From positions 115,692,001 to 115,756,000 of the forward strand of contig NC_042998.1 in NCBI RefSeq assembly GCF_006345805.1: DNA of 64,000 bases, read 5' to 3'. How positions within the stretch are numbered: the first letter of the stretch is position 1; the number at the start of each line of letters is the position of its first letter. Source of the stretch: Octopus sinensis. Its lineage: Eukaryota. Shown in pieces: positions 55,947-64,000 of the stretch. The position numbers and the translations under genes are program-made. Below the pieces are notes generated by a model that saw only the letters and a program-made list of their open reading frames with translations, ran no database searches and was not told where the DNA came from.

Positions 55947-56879
55947 ATATGTTAATAAAAGAACATATGCATATATATAAACATATATGTACGTACCTAC
56001 CTCTACATGTACATATACACGCATATATGTGTACAGGACACCAAAAAGACGTCGAACACATAGAGAGACGAAAAACATAGACACAAACCAAGGAACAAGA
56101 CAAGCAAAAAAAGAGATACAGGACAATAAGCACAACGAAAAATCCCCTTCTTCAGTCGCTAAGGTTTCATCTACTAAACGTTTCGAAGGATAAAAGCGAG
56201 ACGTATACTTCGAAGAAAACTTCCTTCCTGCGAAAGCAAATCAATTAAAATTCTGAGATCTTTTCGCAGAGGGGTAAAAAAAAAACAAGACGGTAACGAC
56301 AGTACAAACATATAAACAGTAAAAAATATATATATAAACAGTGGAAAAATAAATATATAACAGTGAGAGACAGGACAAGGAGAACAAGATAAGAAGGGCT
56401 GTTAACGCCAGACGAAAAAAGTATTGCAAACGCTGGATTAAAGTGGACGACGAGAGAGAAAAAAATGTCGACCAGTAGCCTTAGAAGGCGGGCGAGAAAA
56501 GACAGGATAGCAGTTACGACGGAAGTATCGTCGCAGATGGACGACGGGAATGGGGGAGGAGGAGCAAGAGGAAGAGAGAGAAGAAGGGGAATGGTGCGAG
56601 GAGACCATGAAGAATGGTGAAAGGGAGAGAGAGAATGAAGAATGAGAGAGAGAGGAAGAGACAAGTTAAGTGAGGGAAAAAAAAACGAAAAAGGGAATGG
56701 GAGAGAAAAAAGAAAGATGCAGAGTCGCGTGAGAGTTAATATCAAGGCTAACTTGATAAACAGAACAATCTTACTTAATAGGGTGCGTGCGTTTAGTCGT
56801 ATAATATGTTAATAAAATAGAACATATGCATATATATAAACATATATGTACGTACCTACCTCTACATGTACATATACAC
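55947..56879. repeat. ~780-bp interspersed-repeat insert flanked by 74/76-bp direct repeats (55947-56020, 56804-56879)
   Basis: atatgttaataaaa(ta)gaacatatgcatatatataaacatatatgtacgtacctacctctacatgtacatatacac occurs twice, identical except for a 2-bp indel. Confidence 0.9.
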
Positions 56880-58019
56880 ATATATATATATCTATGTGTG
56901 TGTGTATGTATGTATGTATGTATGCATGTATGTACTCGTAGATGCACAAACACACACACACACTACAGCTATCTTGTATTTCTTCTCTTCCAAACTCCAT
57001 CTCGATTCCATGGTAGGAGTGTCTCCCACTAAATAGTACGACTAACTAATGTTTTGATAAAGACATATTTTTACAATCATTAGGCCAGTCAACAAGTGTG
57101 TGTCGACTGACCTGATTCAATCTCATTGATCACTGCAATCTCCCATTGCGAGGTTTTTTTCAATGTTAAGCGTTTATGCGTATTACTGGTAAATGTATAT
57201 TTATAAATGTGTGTGTATATATCTAAATCATCTGTGTTTGTGTGTATTATATATATATGCGTGTGTGTGAGTATGTGTATACTATTATTTGTTTTTGTTT
57301 CTAGATTTATCGCCAAGGGAGAAAGAATCGGTTTCTATCGTAGATCTAACGTTTTTTAATTGGAATTTCAACATCAACAGAGTAGATGTATATGTATATA
57401 TATGGCATCAGTACCGTTGCTGAACTATAGTTCTTTTTACACATATATATATATAGTTAAATGTCTATCCATGTGCATGAAAACTTATGTAGTAAACTTC
57501 TAGAAAGCTTTAACGTATTTTGACAGTTCCTGTGATCACTTGTATTTGTAGCCTTTCTAATTAACCTTCTTTAGGACTTTAAGTACCTTAATTTCTCAGT
57601 GTGGTACAGAGGCATTTGGTTGTTTATCCAAGTGCTCAATGATTACGGGTAAAGATCTAAACAAGTTACCCAGTTGTGTTTCTGTAAATTTCTCAGGAGA
57701 TCAGCAAGTATTGAGTTCATAATACGAGCAAAAATGCGTTTTGTAGTTACAGATTCTTCTATAACTACAGTTAAGAAGTCTCTAATTGTCTTTTCTGGTG
57801 TTTTCCTTGTTCGTTAACTATGCTGTTGAAGTTTATCGTGTCTAGACATGTTGTTTGTAGCAAATCATTGCATGGTAAATTTTAGCTTAAGACGAAAATT
57901 AAAACGACTTTGAATAAAAGACTCTCTCAGTCAATTCATCTGAAGATTAACCAGCTATTTAACAATGAATAATCTCGCACGCCTAATAAGACTAGTCGCT
58001 TCGGGATATGTATTTATAC

Positions 58020-58545
<526 letters not shown>

Positions 58546-58647
58546 TTTATGTATGTATAAAAACACATATACCCACACACATAAAGAGAGAGAGAAAGAG
58601 GAAATAGATATCACTATTATGTATCTTCAAATTAAAATGAACAATGT

Positions 58648-58706
<59 letters not shown>

Positions 58707-60646
58707 TTCAGTATGGTATGCTATATACTATTAGATTAGTAAGAAATCTTTATAAACAAATAAATATATATTAGATATAATAATATTCATAATTAATGAA
58801 ATACATGAAAGCACTAATTACATAAAAGTTATTATTCAATAAATGTATAACTATGTAGATGAAAGAGTGATGTGGATATATGATCACGTTCGTTATTATT
58901 GCAATTAACATGGGCGTTGATTGACGCAATCATTAGATCTTTTGACAAAATGACTTGCAATGTTTATTCCAGCTTTTTAAGCTCTGACGGCAACTTTGCC
59001 TCTAGGGTCGATGAAACGAAGTACCTTCAGTTAGTGGTGTTGAACTAATTGGTTGTTACTCTTCCTCAAATTTCTGGCATTGTACTTCATTTAGAAGCAA
59101 TTATTATTGTGATTAATTGGACGATACATTTGCAGACTAATTAGATTTTGGGGATAACTGGGTTTACTTTCTGAGTCCTTTCTCTTTTAGGGGTTCGATA
59201 AAATAATGTATCATTCCTCTCAAAATCACTGGCTTTGTGCTTAAATTAGAAATAATTATCATTTTAATTAGTGAGATGGGTTGGCTGAATCGTAGGAGCT
59301 TCGGCGGTAGGGGATCTCTTGTTTTAGTTAATCCGCAACCTTGCAGTTTGCCTTCGTATTCCATCGAGATCATCGTTGCTCCTAATCGCTTCGGGGTTGA
59401 TAAAATAATGTCTGTCAAGAACTGGAGACGATATATTCTATTGTCCCCTCCCATGATATTTCAGGCCTTCTGTCTATACTATTGTAAAGAACCAATTGAG
59501 CATTGGACAAAATTCCATGTAATGTTTAATTGTGACTCAATACTTTTTTATTTCAAATCCCCACAAAACAAGATTTCATCCGTCAGGCAATTTTGAAATG
59601 CAGAATCATTCGAAACATTAAGTCGATATAATCTCCCGTTACTATCTCCCTCTTACGTGTGCCGCAGTAAAACCAAGTAAGCGGGGGATGAAGACGAGCC
59701 GTTTGGAAAATCACAGAACAGGCGAAAATAGCGAAGCTGAATAACAATAAGAATCTTTCAGGAATTACCAGCTCAGGTTCTAAAGCTAGCGTCGTCTTTT
59801 CATTCACAGTTACAAAAACCAATGATCTGAGGTTGCTTGCCACTGTATTCTGACAATACGAAAGAGATGGACAATGGAAACAGCGACAGTGTATTGTTGC
59901 GAGTAGTATGAACAGCGAAAATTAGGAAAAAGAAGACTCTAGATCGAAAGTGTACCGTAAGTGGAGGAGAGTCAAATTTGGATAGTATACACCTAGATAT
60001 ATCATATCTCAGAAAATGTAATAGGCTCAGTTGTCTTTGAACTCCGAATGCTTGATTAGGGTTGAACAAGAGCAATATAAGAATAAGAATACAAACAACA
60101 ATGTCATTGATATTAACGACCTTGTATACAAATGAGCATCAAACGACATATTTCTGATGTCATTAAATCCAATCAGAAATATGTTCAACTAAATTACATC
60201 TAATCATTAAAAAAGGGAAACGTTATGATAGAGTCTCAGATGTAGTTTATTGAAATAAAATGATGAGATAGTCACGGCTGGAATGGATCGGACCATAAGT
60301 CTTCTCGATCACGGTCGATATGGTGCTAGACAACAAAATCTGCAATATCACTTTCCAACCGATGAGAGCCAAACAGAAACCCTTACAATCCAACAATAGA
60401 GTCTCTATTGAATAATACGATCCGTTAGAAATAGCGACAAAATGTCCTTCATTGCACACCGTATCGTCTAAACAAACATAAAGCCACATTCGATTATATT
60501 CTCCGGAAAACACTGTCTGAAGTACAAAAGATGAGAACAGCTGAAATGCTTTTGATTATAAGGTTCTCAATCAAAGCTGATATATAAGTAATCAACAGTA
60601 GCAGCAACAATACGCAAAAACCACCACCACCACCACCACCACCACC

Positions 60647-60678
<32 letters not shown>

Positions 60679-61134
60679 CAACAACCAACAACAACAACAA
60701 CAGCAACAAAAATAACCACCGCCACCGCCACCATCAACCACAACAACAGACTAGCTAGTGAATAAGCGTTTACATAGACGTTAAATATAGCTCTCAAAAC
60801 TCTTTCAAATAAATTATACTAATCACGCTTGGAATGCATTTGACTGTCAGCACTGACCCCAGGTTATACAACTAGAACAACAATAACAACAACAATGCAA
60901 TACTCTTATTAACTGCAGAAACAATTATTTTGCTCTGTTCTCATACACAGCAGATGTGTATTTGAAATTTATGATAAATTAGTGTGAAAATATTTTATAG
61001 AAGTAGCATTAATAAAAATGCGCAAAAGTGACTTGAAAAATACAATTATCAGTCAATGACTGATAGTATTTTCAAAAATAGAAATATCATTATTTCTAGG
61101 TCTCTCTAAAGGAGACTACGGCAGCGGTACTCGA

Positions 61135-61550
61135 TATTAATAGTTATCGCCAAGCTAATATGGCAGTCCATAAATTTAGGACGAAAGCTGCCGTTGATTA
61201 GCTCCAAGAGGCCATCGAACCTGTGTCCATTATAATCTTTGAACAGAGGAGGTCAGCCGCTTCCCCTTGCCCCTGAATTTAGGTAAATAATCCTTCGAAC
61301 AGACGGTCAGTAGCGACGCCTGCTGGGTTCAGCTACTCTGTATTCATAAAGGGCAAATACCCTGAAACTAGTCTGCAGTTGCCTGACCAGCAAGGAGAAG
61401 CGGCTAACCTCCCCTGCTCGAAGGTTATAATGGACACAGGTCTGTGTGTCACATAGCTAGCTAGAGGTGATGGCCTCTTGGAGCTAATCAACGGCAGCTT
61501 TCGTCCTATATTTGTGGACTGCCATATTATCTTGGCGATACATATTAATA
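61135..61550. mobile_element. Long inverted-repeat (MITE-like) element, arms 61135-61270 and 61390-61550
   Basis: Arms align over ~135 bp (e.g. aggacgaaagctgccgttgattagctccaagaggccatc exact), with a ~25-bp insertion in the right arm; 119-bp spacer. Confidence 0.9.
61338..61378 (+). ncRNA. Degenerate minimal type-I hammerhead ribozyme motif
   Basis: Stem I CTGTA/TGCAG; stem II AGGG-CAAATA-CCCT; GAAAC-TA-GTC with palindromic ACTAGT stem III. The CUGANGA strand is mutated to TTCATAA, so it is probably inactive. Confidence 0.5.
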
Positions 61551-61729
61551 ATAGTATTTTCATTTTCAGCATATACTTGTATAACTCCGGACATATTCTA
61601 GCATTATGACCTCATCAGTGAAGTAGAAAACTACATTTATTTGTCAAAGTAATAATGAGAGAATTCATTAGTAAATATCTTCATACTGGATGGAATAGGA
61701 TTTAAAAAAAAAAATTAACATGCATTACT

Positions 61730-62060
61730 TTGTGGTTAAGAAGTTCGCTTCGCAATCAGATTATTTCGGGTTCAATTCCTCTGCGCAGTACCTTGGGCAA
61801 GGAACTTTTATTTCAACACCTAAATCAACCGAAAGCCTCACGAGGGAATTTGGTAGACGGAAACTGCGGAAGAATACCGTTGTGTGTATATTGTAGGCAT
61901 ATGTGTGTGTGTGTGTGTGTTTGTTTACTTGCCTTAGCGGGTCGGCGAAAGAGAGCGACAGAATAAGTAACTGATATAAAATAAGTACTTCTGTAATTTT
62001 GTTCAACTAACCCTACAATGCAGTGTTCTAGCACGACCGCAGTCGAATGACTGAGACAAA
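61730..62060 (+). mobile_element. Bipartite SINE, uninterrupted (head, (TG)n, tail)
   Basis: gtggttaagaag...ggttcaattcc...ccttgggcaag...tggtagacggaaactg, (TG)n, ...ctagcacgaccgcagtcgaatgactgagac. Confidence 0.75.
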
Positions 62061-63184
62061 TAAATGAGTAAACTGACAGCCATCATTAAAATAGTGTTAA
62101 CATATCTAATACTGACTGTATTAAAAAAAACAAAACAACTTAATTAGACATAATTACATTATTAGTGAAAACAACTGTATTATTTTACGACTATTATTTT
62201 TGATTATCTCAGCGAGTATAGGAGACAGCCCCAGACATGATTTAGTTTAAGATGAACTTTATTAGCGAAGCATAGAAGCGTACATCTTCACGCTACTTCC
62301 CGAATTAGCGATAGGAGAATGTGTAAATGAACAAGATTCTCCACTGAAGAACATACAATTGTATGAATATATAATTACATCTGTAGGGACGTCATCCGCA
62401 TAAAATAGTATTTACGAGTTTTACCTATAAATGCCAGAAAATAACCAAGAACATAAAATAAACTTCACTTTACAAAGTAATTTCTGTGTTAAATAAACGG
62501 ATTCATTGAAAGATTCAGAATATGGTTTTCATTTTAATACTTTACGTATTCAGCAACAAACAACTAAAGTTCAAGGTGTATTTTTTTTTCTCCTCATGTA
62601 TGCCACAACAAACTTTTCTCGCATCATCATCCTTTAAACATTTCTATTAATTTCATTATTTCTTTATATTTTAAGAAGTTTTATATCTTTACTCGATATA
62701 ACTAATTTATTTATTTATCTTGCTTTATTTTTTTTTTTACTTTACTGTTTTTATTTTTTATCTTTACTTTTCTCCCACCAGCATGGTTGGCATTTATTCC
62801 AGTCTGATGAGGTATATATAAGTTGATTACACGCGTGCCAAATGGTAAATACAACACACGCACACACGCACGCACACACTCACATATGCATACACACATA
62901 CACAGATGCTCACATAGACAGACACACATAATCACACTCACACATACACATACATGCATATACACGCATACACACGCACATACATACATATACATGCACA
63001 TAAACACTTGTATGTGGATATACATACACGCATCAGCACACTAATAAACAACGCTCTACCAACCCACGTATATACGTTCAGACACTATCACACACAAGAC
63101 TTGCAAGTAAATATACGTCTGCCGTTTCACATACACAGTCACAAAGAATTACTATTATATACAACGCCATCTCACACCCCACGT

Positions 63185-63250
<66 letters not shown>

Positions 63251-64000
63251 ACCACACAAACACACGTTTCCTATAATTTTCTCTTAATGCCAAATCATAT
63301 GGTAAAGTAAGTTGGTATGTTTAGCTGAATGAAAATGCTGTTATATCTCCCTACCTCTAATTTTGCCAGCTGTGCTACCCCCACCATCATCACCAACACC
63401 ATTGCCACTATAACCATCCTATTACTCTACCATCACTACCACCCTATACATCACTCCTTGTCAGCACCACTACTTCCCCACCAACAATATCCATCAATAT
63501 TATGACAATAATGCGTCTACCACAAAACTGCTAGCACCATCTATACTACCAATACCGTTAACCGTGTTCACCCCCTGCCAACCAAATCATTTTTCATCAC
63601 CTCTATCATCACCCACAACACACTTACTACTGCCACTTACACCAGCATTCCTTTTGTTTCGTTTTACTCCATTGAAAAGATTCCTGTGTCAGTCAGACAG
63701 ATAGATAGGGAGAGAGCGCGGGCGAGAGGGAGGAAGGTAGAGCGAGAGAGATAAAGAGAGAGAGAGTATATGCGTCTGTATGTGTATAAATGCGAAGATG
63801 TGTGCGTATGTTATGTTGGCTTAGTATATGATGTTATAGAAAGACAATAGCATTTCTAGTATAGGCATGAGAGTAGAGGGGTTTAGTCGATACAATCACA
63901 TCAGTACTTGACTTGTATTTTAACTTATGAACCCTAAAAGGATGAAACGCAGAGTTAATTTCTGTTTTGATTTGAACTTAGGGTGTAAAGACCCTCGAGA

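Noticed and set aside
59583-59843. Hydrophobic minus-strand ORF (FLLLFSFAIFACSVIFQ) as the missing signal-peptide exon
   Set aside because: It starts at GTG with no in-frame ATG before the hydrophobic stretch, and there is no phase-0 GT donor after it; the nearest good donor is phase 1.

Overview
AT-rich eukaryotic genomic DNA dense in microsatellites and transposon debris. The SINE families and repeat landscape look like a cephalopod (octopus-type) genome; this is inferred from recognition, not from a search. There is no prokaryotic operon, CRISPR array or rRNA. The only host gene I can support is an ADAMTS-like/papilin-family extracellular-matrix gene on the minus strand. It is seen as two in-frame exons: 28989-29324 (TSP1 repeat) and 11401-11506 (start of the Cys-rich module, absent from the ORF track), separated by a 17.5-kb intron. 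The rest is mobile DNA. (i) About ten same-strand pieces of R4/Dong-type RT+RLE non-LTR retrotransposons are stacked between (AAT)n/(AAC)n tracts; one is nearly full length. (ii) A full-length dead mariner keeps its TIRs and TA duplication, and there is a second mariner 5' fragment. (iii) Several tRNA-derived SINE families are present, two copies of which have other elements nested in their internal microsatellite. (iv) There are RTE, Tx1-like ORF1, hAT-MITE and Helitron remnants. (v) An unusual number of fold-back/inverted structures sit at (TA)n tracts, including a 295-bp-arm near-perfect palindrome. (vi) Several degenerate minimal hammerhead-ribozyme motifs occur, one in the loop of a long inverted-repeat element. 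Nothing here proves a new biological system. The best leads are the microsatellite-targeted LINE pile-up, the hammerhead-bearing fold-back element, and the intronic dsRNA structures flanking a small exon.
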